DNA of 64,000 bases from Hemiscyllium ocellatum (Eukaryota): contig NC_083418.1 in assembly GCF_020745735.1 (NCBI RefSeq), positions 62,203,776 to 62,267,775 of the forward strand, written 5' to 3'. Position numbers and translations under genes: made by a program. Of the stretch, positions 1 to 13,011 are shown piece by piece. The notes under the pieces were generated by a model. The model was not told the origin of the DNA. It did no database searches and worked only from the letters and a program-made list of their open reading frames with translations. Numbering within the stretch: position 1 is the stretch's first letter; each line of letters opens with the position of its first letter.

Positions 1-42
1 CTAAGCTAACTGACCATCAACTGCAATTAAAAAGCAACAGTA

Positions 43-363
43 ATTAGATTAGATTCCCTACAGTGTGGAAACAGGCCCTTTGGCCCAATAAGTGCACAGC
101 GACCCTCTGAAGAGTAACGCACCCAGACTCATTTCCCTACATTTACCCCTGACAAATACCTTAACACTATGGGGCAATTTAGCATGGCCAATTCACCTGA
201 CCTGCACATCTTTGGATTGTGGGAGGAAACCGGAGCACCCAGAGAAAACCCACGCAGACACAGGGAGAATGTGCAAACTCCACACAGACAGCTGCCTGTG
301 GCTGGAATTGAACCCGGGTTCCTGGCACTGTGAGGCAGCAATACTAACCACTGAGCCACCGTG
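43..363 (-). mobile_element. HE1-type tRNA-derived SINE
   Basis: The minus strand reads GGTGGCTCAGTGGTTAG (A box) then GGTTCAATTCC (B box), followed by the SINE body and a (AATCT)n tail. The same family occurs at 22586, 30900, 33829 and 44461. Confidence 0.85.
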
Positions 364-1360
364 ATGTGATTAATTTCATGCAAGTCTGCTTTGCACTCTA
401 AGCTGAGGACATTGATTGAAACTACCTGTATTTAGTTATCTGCCATTAAATGCAGGTTGGTTAGATATGCTCTCTTGTTGTCACTTATGCATTTCTATGT
501 GATTCGCTCCCATCCTTTTAAACTCCCTTTCTGTAAAAATTTTTAGTACGTGGCTAAACTGCACTTCAAATAAATTTAATTAACTAGATTAAAATTGAAG
601 GAGAGTCAATTCCAAGGTTTTCTTGAGTACAAGTGAGTGGAGTTATTGCCTAGTAAAGCTGATAAAAATAATGAAACAATGCACTAACACTCACGTATAT
701 ACAGACAGGTGATAACATTGTACAGAGAAAGCACTGGAGGAAGGTATTTGAACATGGAGGTGGTTAGGCAAGCTGCAGTTTAACATTATTTTAACATGTC
801 CTTAAGTTACGAGAGTGAAAACCAAAGTCTCAATTATTCATCTGTTGTCCTGTTTTCTCAGGCGTGATGAAGCTTGAAGATAACCTACATGTCTGGCTGA
901 ACAGTACTTTTACCAAGTTGCATTTTCACGCTGCCTGTAAAATCTGTAGTGAGAATCTTAAATGAATAAAATAAAAATCATGTGGGAATAGTTTTCTAAG
1001 TTTTTTCTTTCTTAGCTAAGGAAATGTTTTTCATCATTAAAAGTGCAACTTTAACATAACTGACCCAATGGGAATAGAAGCAGATAGCCTTCCTCACACC
1101 TGCTCAAACATACTCTTCACTCAAATGAGCAGCTTTCCCCATACTGTAATTCCCAGCAGGGTTTTAGGTTAATGTTAATCCCCTGATATTGGATATGATG
1201 GTCCTTTATTGAACTGGATCAGAAACTCAATTTTTATACGGAAATGCAGTTTTCTGAATATTACATAATTTAAATGTGAGTGCTGTGAATTAGTGTTGAA
1301 CATAAAACTGCTTTGCAGCTGAAGGTGCTGAACTCTCATCCTATTTTAACCAAGAATCAT

Positions 1361-1379
1361 TTTTCTTTACTTCTGTCAG
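1361..1379 (+). other. Splice acceptor of the RAG1 coding exon
   Basis: Pyrimidine tract TTTTCTTTACTTCTGTCAG ends at 1379, 12 nt before the ATG at 1392. Vertebrate RAG1 has a non-coding first exon and an acceptor just upstream of the ATG. Confidence 0.7.
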
Positions 1380-1391
1380 ATACCAGTCATT

Positions 1392-4300
1392 ATGGAAATG
1401 AAGATGCCTCTACGACTGTTACCCGATGACTTCTTATATGCAGAAACCAGGCCAACCAAAAATACCCAGAAGGAAGTCATAGTTTCAATGGAAAAGCTTT
1501 ATGAGACAGAGACGGTTACACCAGTTCATGGCCTACTGCGGCATTCCCCATTACCACAGAGCAAACCAGTGGGAACTATGCCATTAGAAACACTGCCTTT
1601 GGACAAAAAAACTTTTGAAGATAAGGCCCTGGAACAAATGCTTTTAGAATGCGACCCATCAAAAAACAAGTCCTGTGACTTTAGCCAAATAAAAGCAAAA
1701 TCTTTGGAAGAGCATATATTGCGATTGCAAAATCTCTGTCGCATTTGTGGAGTTGCCTTTAACACCAACTGTTATGATATGAAATACCCAGTAAATGGTC
1801 CTGTTGATGATGTCACCCAAGAGGTGCTCAAGAAAATGGGACATGGCGAGTGTTTTTGGCCAGAACTCATCCGTAACACATTTAGGATCGATGTCAAGAC
1901 AGATACAGAAGCCAGATACCCCACTCACTTCTGCTATAACTGTTGGCGTATTGTGATTCAGACAATTAACAATACAACGAATGAAGATGCATTCTTTCCG
2001 ATCAGTACAATCATTGAGTGGAAACCACATTCCAATCTTTGCAGCATTTGCAACTTTTTGAGTGGGCCCCGCAAACGAAAAGGTCTGAAACGAAGTCCAC
2101 CAGTCACAAAGAAGCCCAAAGTCACAACTGATGCTCCAGTCAGACCAAGAGTCATTAAAAGAAAAGATCAGGTGACTAGCACAAGTTTGTTATTGGCCAG
2201 AAAGATTATCAACTGCAAGAAGTTTCATCTAACTTCAAATCTCCTTGTGCTTGATTATCCCAATAATTTTATCCAGTCCGTGTCATGTCAGGTTTGTGAG
2301 CACTTACTTGCTGACCCTGTGCAATCACCTTGCAAGCACCTGTTCTGCAGAACGTGTATCCTCAAATGCATTGCTGTCCTCGGCAAGTTTTGCCCAGTTT
2401 GTAGATTTCCTTGTGCTCCCAAAGAGCTCTTAAGCCCTGTTAAATCATTCATAAATGTTCTTAATTCACTTGTACTCAAATGTCCAGCAACAGATTGTGA
2501 AATGGAGGTGAGACTCGGTGAATATTCGAATCATGCTCAAAACCATAAAGAAATAAGAATGAAGCACGCTTACTCACCAGTGAACAAGGGAGGTCGTCCA
2601 AGACTACATTTGCTTTCTCTCACCCGAAGAGCTCAAAAGCATCGTCTGAGAAATCTGAAACTTCAGGTGAAGGCTTTCGCAGACAAAGAGGAAGATGGTG
2701 ATGTAAAGTCCGTTTGCCTGACTCTGTTACTTCTGGCACTCAGAGCTGGCAATGAGCACAGGCAAGCAGATGAGCTGGAAGCGGTAATGCAGGGGAAAGG
2801 ATCCGAACTGAAGCCAGCAGTCTGCCTTGCCATTAGAGTGAACACTTTTCTGAGTTGCAGTCAGTATCATAAAATGTACAGGACAGTCAAAGCAACAACT
2901 GGGAAGCAGATCTTCCAGCCGTTGCATGCTCTTCGAAATGCAGAAAAAATACTGTTGCCAGGTTATTATTCATTTGAGTGGCAGCCCCCTCTAGCAAATG
3001 TCTCGACAAACACTGAAGTGGGAATTATAGATGGTCTGAGTGGATGGACACAGTGTATCGATGATTATCCAATGGAAACCATTTCAAGACGGTTTAGGTA
3101 TGATGTGGCACTTGCTGCAGCTGTGAAGGAGCTCGAGGATGATATTCTAGAAGGTTTAAAACGCCATAGCGTAGACGAGTTTGTGAGTGGACCGTTTACT
3201 GTTGTAATCAAGGAGTCTTGTGATGGAATGGGCGATGTCAGCGAGAAACACGGATGCGGTCCTCCTGTTCCAGAAAAGGCAGTGAGGTTTTCCATTACAA
3301 TCATGAGCATAAGTGTGATGAATAACAACGATGAGAAAGTGGTCATTTTTGAGGAGTTGAAGCCTAATTCTGAGCTGTGCTGCCGACCACTTTCCCTGAT
3401 GTTGGCGGACGAATCTGACCACGAAACGTTGACAGCGATCCTGGGCCCAGTAATCGCTGAGCGAGAAGCTATGAAGACTAGCGATTTGATCCTTGAGATT
3501 GGGGATTTGCACAGATCCTTCCGGTTTATCTTCAGGGGCACAGGGTATGATGAGAAGCTTGTTCGGGAAATGGAAGGCCTCGAAGCCTCGGGCTCAATGT
3601 TCGTCTGTACGCTGTGCGATTCCACACGATATGAGGCTTCCCAGAACCTGGTTTTTCATTCCATAACAAGGAGCCACGAAGAGAACTTGATGCGCTATGA
3701 GATTTGGCGCTCCAACCCGTACTGCGAAACCGCGGAGGAGTTGCGTGACCGGGTGAAGGGGGTTTCAGCAAAGCCCTTCATCGAAACTCAGCCGTCCATT
3801 GATGCCTTGCACTGCGACATTGGAAATGCCACTGAGTTCTACAAGCTCTTCCAGGACGAGATCGGGGAGCTGTACAAAAATCCAAATACCTCCAAGGAGG
3901 AGAGGAAGCGCTGGCAAGCGATGCTTGACAAGCACTTAAGGAAGAAGATGAACCTGAAGCCTGTCATGAGGCTGAATGGAAATTTTGCACGGAAGCTAAT
4001 GACTAAAGAGACGGTCGACGCTGTGTGTGAACTGATTCCGTCTGAAGAAAGGCGACAAATCCTCAGGGAGCTCATGCATCTTTATCTTCAGATGAAACCA
4101 GTGTGGCGTTCCACGTTTCCAGCCAGGGAGTGTCCTGACCTTCTTTGTCAGTACAGCTACAATTCCCAGAGATTTGCAGAACTGCTTCATACAGAGTTCA
4201 AGCACAGATACGAAGGGAAAATCACCAACTACCTGCACAAAACACTGGCTCACGTCCCCGAGATCATTGAAAGAGATGGCTCTATAGGTGCTTGGGCGAG

Positions 4301-4538
4301 TGAAGGCAATGAATCAGGCAACAAACTCTTCCGGCGTTTCAGGAAAATGAATGCAAGGCAGTCCAAAAGCTATGAATTGGAAGACATTTTGAAGCATCAC
4401 TGGCTGTACACTTCAAAATATTTGCAACGGTTCATGGAAGTGCACAATACGTTAAAGGACATCAAGTGTGCAACTGTAGAACCTGAACTGATCAGTACAG
4501 AAGATACAATACCTAATGATAATTCATTTGATTTTTAA
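1392..4538 (+). CDS. RAG1: V(D)J recombination-activating protein 1, 1048 aa, single coding exon
   Basis: Contains LCRICG and HFCYNC N-terminal Zn motifs, a C3HC4 RING (CQVCEH...CKHLFCRTC...CPVC), ZFA, and the nonamer-binding GGRPR. Catalytic triad is D611 (ESCDGMGD), D720 (GTGYDEK) and E974 (SEGNESGNK), equivalent to mouse D600/D708/E962. Confidence 0.99.
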   Translation: MEMKMPLRLLPDDFLYAETRPTKNTQKEVIVSMEKLYETETVTPVHGLLRHSPLPQSKPVGTMPLETLPLDKKTFEDKALEQMLLECDPSKNKSCDFSQIKAKSLEEHILRLQNLCRICGVAFNTNCYDMKYPVNGPVDDVTQEVLKKMGHGECFWPELIRNTFRIDVKTDTEARYPTHFCYNCWRIVIQTINNTTNEDAFFPISTIIEWKPHSNLCSICNFLSGPRKRKGLKRSPPVTKKPKVTTDAPVRPRVIKRKDQVTSTSLLLARKIINCKKFHLTSNLLVLDYPNNFIQSVSCQVCEHLLADPVQSPCKHLFCRTCILKCIAVLGKFCPVCRFPCAPKELLSPVKSFINVLNSLVLKCPATDCEMEVRLGEYSNHAQNHKEIRMKHAYSPVNKGGRPRLHLLSLTRRAQKHRLRNLKLQVKAFADKEEDGDVKSVCLTLLLLALRAGNEHRQADELEAVMQGKGSELKPAVCLAIRVNTFLSCSQYHKMYRTVKATTGKQIFQPLHALRNAEKILLPGYYSFEWQPPLANVSTNTEVGIIDGLSGWTQCIDDYPMETISRRFRYDVALAAAVKELEDDILEGLKRHSVDEFVSGPFTVVIKESCDGMGDVSEKHGCGPPVPEKAVRFSITIMSISVMNNNDEKVVIFEELKPNSELCCRPLSLMLADESDHETLTAILGPVIAEREAMKTSDLILEIGDLHRSFRFIFRGTGYDEKLVREMEGLEASGSMFVCTLCDSTRYEASQNLVFHSITRSHEENLMRYEIWRSNPYCETAEELRDRVKGVSAKPFIETQPSIDALHCDIGNATEFYKLFQDEIGELYKNPNTSKEERKRWQAMLDKHLRKKMNLKPVMRLNGNFARKLMTKETVDAVCELIPSEERRQILRELMHLYLQMKPVWRSTFPARECPDLLCQYSYNSQRFAELLHTEFKHRYEGKITNYLHKTLAHVPEIIERDGSIGAWASEGNESGNKLFRRFRKMNARQSKSYELEDILKHHWLYTSKYLQRFMEVHNTLKDIKCATVEPELISTEDTIPNDNSFDF

Positions 4539-7285
4539 GCTGATTTATTGGTGCAGAAGTTGATTCTCTGTATCTTTAACCCACAGGAGACTGTGAACAG
4601 TCTGTACAAGGTGGACAGTTGGGCTTAACATGGCCAAGCTTTGAATGCATTATTGGCATTGGTGGAAAAAAGCTCTGGCAGTACTATTGGAAAGGTTATG
4701 GTGGAAGCAGTGTTAAACAGGCTCGCTGATAAATCTATGTGACAACTGAAGCCATAATAAGTAATGTACACAAGTGGGTGAATGTTTCTATGCTATTTGG
4801 AACCTATGAGTTATTCACAGCAAGCAACAATGTTACTTACATTTGGTGCTTAGATGGAAAGGAAAGATGGGCAAGATGTTAGACAACATGCCATTTTTTT
4901 CAGGTGAAAGAGCAGGTAATCTTTTCTGAATATAGAGTTCAGTTCTCAAAATTATAAATGGCAGGCTTGTTATTGGAGAGGAAATGGTGATGTTCAGTTC
5001 CCATTGGTTCTGTTCAATCATTTCTGTGTTTTTCTATATTCTTATTCAGCTATTTACTGATTTGTTGTGGAAATAATTTAGTTGTGTCGATAGTTGTTTT
5101 GATAATTAGATTAGCCGGTAGGATGATTACGGCTTTACTTCACAGCAGTTGTTTTTCCTTAGAAGGGGTTTTGAATAAGTTACTGCACTCCTGTGCCATC
5201 AATTCATTTGATCTGGTTTACTGAATAGGTACTAATTACACTGGGCCTGAAATTGACTCATTTATTAGCGCTGCAGGATGATCCTGTACACTGTAAGGCA
5301 TGTACTGTTACCTCACCATGATCAGTGGAATAGGATGACTATGAATATCTGCTAAACTGATGAGGTGTAATTTCTGGACTATCCTTAGTCAGTTTATAGG
5401 TAATTGTCTTTTAAACAGATCAACTATTCATTAGAACAGCTTCATTTGTGTTTTCAGTAAAGGGTATTTCTATTTCACAGCAGAATTTCTCTGTACGTTG
5501 GGAATTGTGAATTTGTTTTCTCTTTATATACATTTTCTCCTCAAAGATTTTACAATTGCCATAAAGAATTTATGTCAATGACTTTTATGACACCTAACAT
5601 ATAACTAACACACCTTTTAGAACTTTTTTGATGTCAAACACTAGCAGATCTACCATGAGTTAGACTTTCTACTCTGCAATAATGGAAGCATTCACAACAA
5701 ATTTGGCAATTTCCACTTGAAGCAAGGGTTACACTTTGAGGGAGTGTGAACTACGTATAAAACCAATGAGAAATTGCTGCATTGCATAGCTATTAGAGTG
5801 TAAATCAGATGTAAAGTACACATTTGTTCAGAGATCAGTCCCACTGCTAACTTTGTATGGCACAGGACATTCTTTTAGGATTTCTACTTGAATGTGTAAG
5901 ATACGGACCTAAAGTCCGTAAAGGATCTGATTGCAATATTATTGGTTAATCTCTGCCTACTTCAAAACATTTTCATAGCCAGTTTATCTGACAACTGAAA
6001 ACATGCAGTTAAAAGTTTGTTTTTAAAAATACATCTGGTGGATTCAGCAGAATGCATTCCAACTCCATAGGAGACCATCCTCCTCCCTGTATCTTGATCC
6101 AATTGTTTTCCTGGGATTTTGAGGGTCACTGCCAATACAGGTGTCAAGAAATTGATCCCTCTCATCATGTCAGTTGCATATGGATATGACTAATATTGAG
6201 CATTTATTGTCATGATTCCAATAAAGCCTGATGGCTAATTTTTTTCCCTTGCTTTAAGGACCTGGATTTGAACCCCAAAATGAGCCAACATGAGCTGTGT
6301 TTATAATACATTAATTTTATTGTGTTCATCATTCACTTCTGATAAGCATCTCATGTCATTGTAATCACAGTTTGACACTCCATTGTCATAATTGAGATGT
6401 CATGTTTTAACGTGTAAGCAACCTTACGGGAGATCTGCTAGTATTGTTGATTGATAGAAAAGATATTGGATGTACACACGCATTTACTTTTATCATTTTA
6501 TTGTATGTCTACTAAATCTGTTCAATTGAGAGATTAGTTTGTGGCTATCTTGGAACCAAATTGTGGTTTTAACAAATGACAAATGATATCTATTGCTATA
6601 GTTACAAGTCTCTAGTTATTGAGAGCTGAGTTAACTTTGTACTAATAGTTTTCTGCAGGGATTCAAATTGGCTTGGCAACATATAGCACTTGGTTCGAGG
6701 ACTAAGCAGTCTTTAAATTTTTGGCAGGCTGTTATTTATTTTTCAACTTTAAGATGCAACATGGACAGTTTCAAAATAAGGTGATGCAGGTTAAAAGTTG
6801 CTATGCCTGTTGACTGGCAAAGGAAAGTATGATTAACAATGCACCAAATTTATAACAAGGCAAATTTTAATTGGTTAACTCAGCTACACATATTACTGCA
6901 CGATTGAGTCAAATGCCTGAATTATTTTAATGGATACTGGAAAGGTATACATTTTATCATAGATTTATTCCTTAAATTTATTTCAAAGCATGGGTTGTTG
7001 TCTTTTTTTATTAATCATGGAACTCAAGTCATGTTTGCAGAATTGTTTATTTTCCAATTCTGTATTGTAGTGCTTATAATGTTTCACAGGGTTTGGATGC
7101 CTATTGGGTTCTAATATTGAAATTTACTGCAATCTGTTATATTTCTGGAATAATTTTCCTTATATGTATAGCAAGTTTTGACATAAAAAAAATTTGTGCT
7201 AAATGTTAAGCTGCCAAATTCATTAGGATATATTATGATGATCACGCTCATTGCAAATGTCGACTGTTGCTCAGCTTTTTCGAAA

Positions 7286-7291
7286 AATAAA
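7286..7291 (+). terminator. Candidate RAG1 polyadenylation signal
   Basis: AATAAA followed by a T/GT-rich tract (TTTTGAAGAGTTTTGTTGTGT), about 2.75 kb after the stop. Alternative AATAAA sites lie at 6220 and near 7913. Needs 3' RNA data. Confidence 0.3.
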
Positions 7292-8660
7292 GATTTACAG
7301 TTTTGAAGAGTTTTGTTGTGTACAATTTGTAATCTACAATGTTTTCTGGTAATGTTCAATAATGTTTGTTCTAATTTACTCGTTGACTAAATTGTCAGGA
7401 GATGGTCAACATTTGATTTCTCTGATTGAGAAAGTTGACGTCAACTTAAAACTAGGGTGAAGTCTGTGGGCACATTGGTTCAAATGGATGCCCAGATGAA
7501 ATTCAGGTTTGGGCCTCATTTAAACATATTGGTGGGAAGCTACTTCTCAGGCACCTCACTGCAGATCACTGGATCCTACACACCAAGGTGACAACACTCT
7601 GTGTTTGGGAAAGGAGGTAATGGTGAGGGAGGGGGCTGAAGGATCTTGAATGCTCCAAAGTTTCTTTGTTGATCTATGATGAATTATAATATTCAATATT
7701 TGGTGTAACTGGGCCTGGTGTAATTAGTTGGTGCAGGTACAGCACATGTGTGGCACGTGTGTGGTATAAAAAGATTAATTTAAATCATGCTGTAACTGAG
7801 CACCTGATCCTGATGTCGTTAAGAGAGAAGTTACCAGTCTAGAATGAGCATGTGAGGAGAGAGGTCTGAGGCATTACACTAGAGAGCTGTAGTTTGTACT
7901 ATATATAGGTGGAAATAAACAAAGTTTTACGGTTCATAACGAGTTGACAAATCTCGGGGATAATGACCAAGCAGCCTCAGTGATAGTGTATATACAGCCA
8001 CCCTCAGTCTGAGATACTCCAGACTGACATCACATAGTGCTGGTAGTAGGACTGACTTAAGCATAAGGTAAATTAACATGACCCACTCATTTGCTCCTGA
8101 GTTTATAACTGGGGTCCTCACACCAGCATACTCTTTTTTGCCAATTTAAACATCTCATTTATTTCTGTTCTTATCTCACTCCCTCGTATTTCTAGTGCAA
8201 TTAAATGGGTGCCAGCATTCCTCTCCTCCAGCTTAACCATTCCATGTGTTTCATTGTGAGTGTATAGTGCTTCAGTGGGCTTCATCCACCTTTTCCTGTT
8301 TTCCCTCAGGGGCTTATCATAAATTCATGAAATTTTATCCACGTATTTTCACAGTGATTCTTCTGTTAATTTCTCATTTGTTTAACTCATTGTCTGTGGA
8401 GATGCACTGTTGTTATTGTTTTCTGAGAATCCTTTTTACTCTTGTTCATACCACTATCATTTCCATAACCATTCTGACTTTTAGATAAGGGCTTAAAGAA
8501 TTTTGTAAGTCATGGTGAAAAAGAAGGTAGTCCAGTCACCTTGATAAGCCACCTATAGTTAATTTGTTGTAGTTAATGATCCAGGATTTATCAATATATC
8601 ATTTCAGAGGCATCACACTGTAATCTTTTGCTATAAATTCTGTGTCGTATGATGTTATTC

Positions 8661-8752
8661 TCCACAACCTCCTGATGAAGGAGCAGCGCTCTGAAAGTTA
8701 GTGCTTCTGAATAAACCTGTTGGACAATAACCTGGTGTTGTGTGATTTTCAA
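8661..8752 (+). mobile_element. PLE-associated terminal repeat fragment with a slightly decayed hammerhead motif
   Basis: CTGATGA-AG-GAGC/AGC/GCTC-T-GAAAGTTA-GTG at 8672-8703, then AATAAACCTGTTGGACAATAACCTGGTGTTGTGTGATTTT. A more decayed reverse copy lies at about 14155-14270. Confidence 0.6.
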
Positions 8753-10887
8753 CATAGTTAATTTGATAAGACTTCAAGACCAGAGGAGAGGCACTCAACA
8801 ACATAGTAAGGGAAATGTGAGTGGAAAATGCACAGGTACTGTGCATAAGTTTCAAGTCTTCCCAAGACTTGGGGTTATAGCAGCAGACTTGAGAATTGCA
8901 AATGTTGTAAAATTGTTCAAAAAAGGGGAAGCCCAGAACCTGCAGATGTGTCAATTTAATGCCATCGGTGGGGAAACTTTTAAAAATGATCATTCAGGAC
9001 AAGATTAATTTTCCCTTTGACAAATGAGGGATATTCTTGGAAAGCCAGCATCAATCTGTTCAGGACATATCATGGACTTCCAAAAGCAATGAATAATATG
9101 CTGCATAACAGACTTCTGCACAGAGTTAGAGCTTATGGAATAGAAGAACAATAGCAACATGAGGCAGAACAATAGTACCCTTCATCCACAGACATTGGCA
9201 ATCGACTTTTGCAACACCTCAGGATTCACATGACATCTGTCCAATCCACCTGCGAAATTCTTCTGCAGTTCAATGCAGTACCTCAGGCTGTACTCTCATT
9301 GCAATGCTGTGTTTACAGTAACACACACTCAGCGTACATATTGGATCAGGCTGTATCTCAGGGCTTCTCACATGCTCTCTTACTGCTCACTGACTGACAG
9401 TCTGCATGGATGGTCACAACAGCCCTGCCTTGCCTATCAGTTCAGTCTCACAATCAGGCAGCTTGCCTTGCAAGTCAGCAGTCCTCAGTCAAGGGCTGGG
9501 GTTGGGGGAGTGGGATGTTGGGAGGCATCTTGCTGTGTGGTGTAAGGTGGTATACATTGACCTATGTGCCAGCAGCTTACAGAATAAACACAAAGCATGC
9601 GCCGCAAGTAAGTGGCCTTGTCTCAGAGTGTAACCCTCACCAAAGCCCACAGGGCCATTGTCAATCAGGAGTCTTGACCAAGTAAGACCCAAAGGTCATT
9701 TGAGAACTAACATTCCCACTGGGGTGTGAGTATCTGAGGTTGGTGAGGGTGGAGGGGTTTTCAGGAGGAAGCCTTGTCGAGGCCTCCTCTGAGGCCTTGC
9801 AGCTCTCTCCCTCAGAGGTGGAGGAGGTGCCCTTCCGGCAAAGCAGCCTTCTTCACCGCAGGGCCATCCCGCTGGCACCTACAGGTATAACTGAAGGAAG
9901 ATGTAACAGCCATTGGCTCGGAGTGGTGCATAATCCGATACCAGTTCAGAGGATTAGCCGTAGTCTAGCAAGTGGGCCACAGACAGTCCTGTGGTTCCTG
10001 TGTAGATGGTCTGGGGAAAGGGTAGGATTAACACAGCTGGGGAGATGTACAGGCATCAGTTGAGATTCTGGGCACTTCTCATCCATCACTCTCTGCTTGG
10101 GTCACTCATGTAGGTAGGCCATGGTCCATCCATTGATCCATCCATAGAAGCTAACAGGTGCTGCTGTTCGCTGCTGTGGCAGGAGGCTCAGGAACCTATT
10201 TGCGGGGATCAGTGGTTTCAGACTGTGGAGTAAAGGGGAGGAATTCAGTACAGCATGGATGAGAGCCTGGTTGTGTGGGAGAGGTTTCATCCACCATCCT
10301 CACTAACACGTAGAGGAATTATAACTACACAGTGAGAACGAAAACGGTCAGGACCAACACTCCGAGTGTGAGGAGTAAATGTCTCCGCTGTCAGGGAGGG
10401 GGTTGCAAGACCAACTGATCTGAGGCTCTGTAGAGAGGTAGAACATTAGACACAGGCACACACATTGTACAGGACCAGACCTGTGTTGTCCCCAGATCCT
10501 GACGATCCTAATGCATTGGCTTTCTATCTCCTGTCAAACAGACATGCTCCAGACAATACTGACCACTTCATTTAGCACCAACACTTTTTAACACAGAGGA
10601 CAGGGAAAGATAGGCATAAGAATCAAGAAAGGCAATAGTGTCAGCAGAATCCATTGCCCTATGCCTTGCTTCCAGATGCTGTAGCATTGACATTGATCCA
10701 TACAGCATACGAGATGGACATAATGTCCCACATAATGGTGGTACAGTTCCAATCAGTGCTAGACAGAGCCTCAATCAAACAGATATATTCCGAAATGGAA
10801 ATGTGAGTATTGGTACACAGTGCAATGTCAGCTAGGCCACCAAAGTGCCTTCAAATTTAAGGAGCACTTGTTGCGAGTGTTGAATAA

Positions 10888-11080
10888 CTAGGAGAAAGTG
10901 AGGACTGCAGATGCTGGAGATCAGAGTCGAGAGTGTGGTGCTGGAAAAGCGCAGTAGGTCAGGCAGCATCCGAAGAGTAGGAATAACGAAGGGCTGATGA
11001 AGGGCTTATGCTCGAAACATCGATTCTCCCAGTTCTCGGATGCTGCCTGACATACTGTGCTTTTCCAGCACCACACTCCC
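10888..11080. mobile_element. Inverted pair of PLE terminal repeats around a decayed hammerhead
   Basis: GAGAGTGTGGTGCTGGAAAAG...GGCAGCATCCGA at about 10930-10975 is the reverse complement of about 11035-11080. Between them is CTGATGAAGGGCTTATGCTCGAAACATC (10994-11021), in which GTC is mutated to ATC. Confidence 0.7.
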
Positions 11081-11439
11081 AACTGTTGGATAACTTTGTC
11101 CCACTGAGACAGGCAACAAATGGTAAGGTGATGGAGCCTTGGATGACAAGAGAACAGGAGTTTCTCAACAAGAGGAAGAAGGATAGCTTACTTACGGTTG
11201 AGGAAGCCAGGATCTGGCACAGCTTTAGAGAATTACAGGATAGCTAGGAAAGAAATAAAAAAATGGACTGAGGAGAGCTGGGGGTGGGGTGGGGAAGGGA
11301 CACAAAAAAGCCTTAGTGGGAAGGTTTAGAAAAACACAAAGGCATTCTACATTTATGTGAGGAATAAGAGGATGATCAGAGAGAGGGTAGGGCTGGTCAG
11401 GGATAGTGGAGGGAACTTGTGCCTGGCGAGTGAAGAGGT

Positions 11440-13011
11440 GGAGGAGGCCCTAAATTAGTTTCTTTTTCAGCATTCACTAGAGAGAGGGACCTTGTTGACT
11501 GTGAGAACACCATGGACCAGGTAAAAAGGCTTGAATAGATTGATATTAAGAAAGTGGATGTCCTGAAAATTCTGGGAAACATCAAGACAGATAAGACCCA
11601 GGGCTGGACCAGATATATCCAAGGTAACTATGGGAAGTGAGGATTGAGGTTGCTACGGCTCTGGTGATGGTCTTTGCATCCTCACTCTCCACGGGAGTAG
11701 TATTGGATGATTAGAGAGAGGCAAGTGTTGTTCCTCTGTTCAAGAACAGGAATAGGGAAATCCCTGGAAATTACATCTGTGGTAAGCAAGGTATTGGAAA
11801 GATTCTGAGAGATAGGATTTATGACATTTTGTAAAAACATAGTTTGATTAAAGATAGTCAGCATGGCTTTGTGAAGGGCAGGCCGTGCCTTTGAGGATGT
11901 GACAAGACAAGTTGACAAAGGTTGAACAATGGATGTGGTGTATATAGATTTCAGTAAGGCTTTGATAAGATTCCCCATGGTAGGGTCATTCAGAAAGTTA
12001 GGTGGTATGGGATACAGGGAGATTTGGCTGTCTGGATACAGAATTGGCTGGCCGAAAGCAGACAGCGAGTGGTAGTGGATGGAAAGTAATCGCCTTTCAG
12101 TCACTGGAGGTCAGTGTCTGGTGGTGTCCCACAGGGATCTGTTCTTGGGCCTCTGCTCTTTGTAGTTTTTATAAATGACTTGGATAAAGAGGTAGAAGGA
12201 TGGGTTAGTACGTTTGTCAATGACACAAAGGTCGGTGGTGTTGTAGATAGTGTTGAGGGCTGTTGCAGGCTACAACAAGACATTGACAGGATGCAGAGCT
12301 GGCCTGAGAAGTGGCAGATGTTCATCCTGGATAAATGTGAAGTGCTTCATTTTGGAAGGTCAAATTTGAATGCTGAATGCAGGGTTAAAGACAGGATTCT
12401 TGGCAGTGTGGAGAAACAGGCTTTCATTAACGGGGGATTTGAGTTTAAGAGCCAAGAGGTTTTGCTGCAGCTCTCTAAAACCCTGGTTAGACCTTGGAAT
12501 ATTGTGTCCAGTTCTGGTCGTCTCATTATAGGAAGGATATAGATGCTTGAGAGAGACTGCAGAGGGGGTTTACCAGCATGCTGCTTGGGTTGGAAGGCTT
12601 GTCTTATAGAGATTGACTGACCTTGGGCTTTTCACACACTGGAGAGAAGAAGGAAGAGAGGTGGTGTGATAGAGGTGTACAAAGTAATGAGAGTGACAGA
12701 TAGAGTAGATAACCAGAGACTTTTCCCCAGGTCAGCAATGGCTGTTACAAGGAGTCATAATTTTAAGGTGATTGGAGGGAGGTATAGGAGAGATGTAGGT
12801 CGGTTCTTTACACAGAGAGTGGTGGCTGCATGGAATGCACTGCTAGTGGTGGTAGTAGAGTCAGAGACATTAGGAACATTTAAGTGACTGCTGGGCAAGC
12901 ACATGGACGACAATAAATTGAGGGGTGTGTAGGTTAGGTTGATCTTAATTAAGATAAAGGCTCAGTACAACATCGTGGGCAGAAGGGCCTGTACTGTGCT
13001 GCACTGTTCTA
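11440..13011 (+). mobile_element. CR1-clade LINE, 5'-truncated, with a degenerate RT and 3' end
   Basis: ORF 12114-12542 reads [23 protein letters not shown]...STFVNDTKVGG (RT motifs) and has frameshifts and stops. The 3' segment encodes FFTQRVV..WNAL. Confidence 0.85.

Noticed and set aside
700-1325. Three E-boxes (CAGGTG near 707, CACCTG near 1097, CAGCTG near 1316) and a strong acceptor at 861 upstream of RAG1
   Set aside because: The density is only slightly above chance, and no convincing donor pairs with the 861 acceptor. The RAG1 promoter is probably outside the window.
1526-4253. Antisense ORFs up to 186 aa overlapping RAG1, and similar ones over RAG2
   Set aside because: These are shadow ORFs expected opposite long coding sequence, with no motifs.
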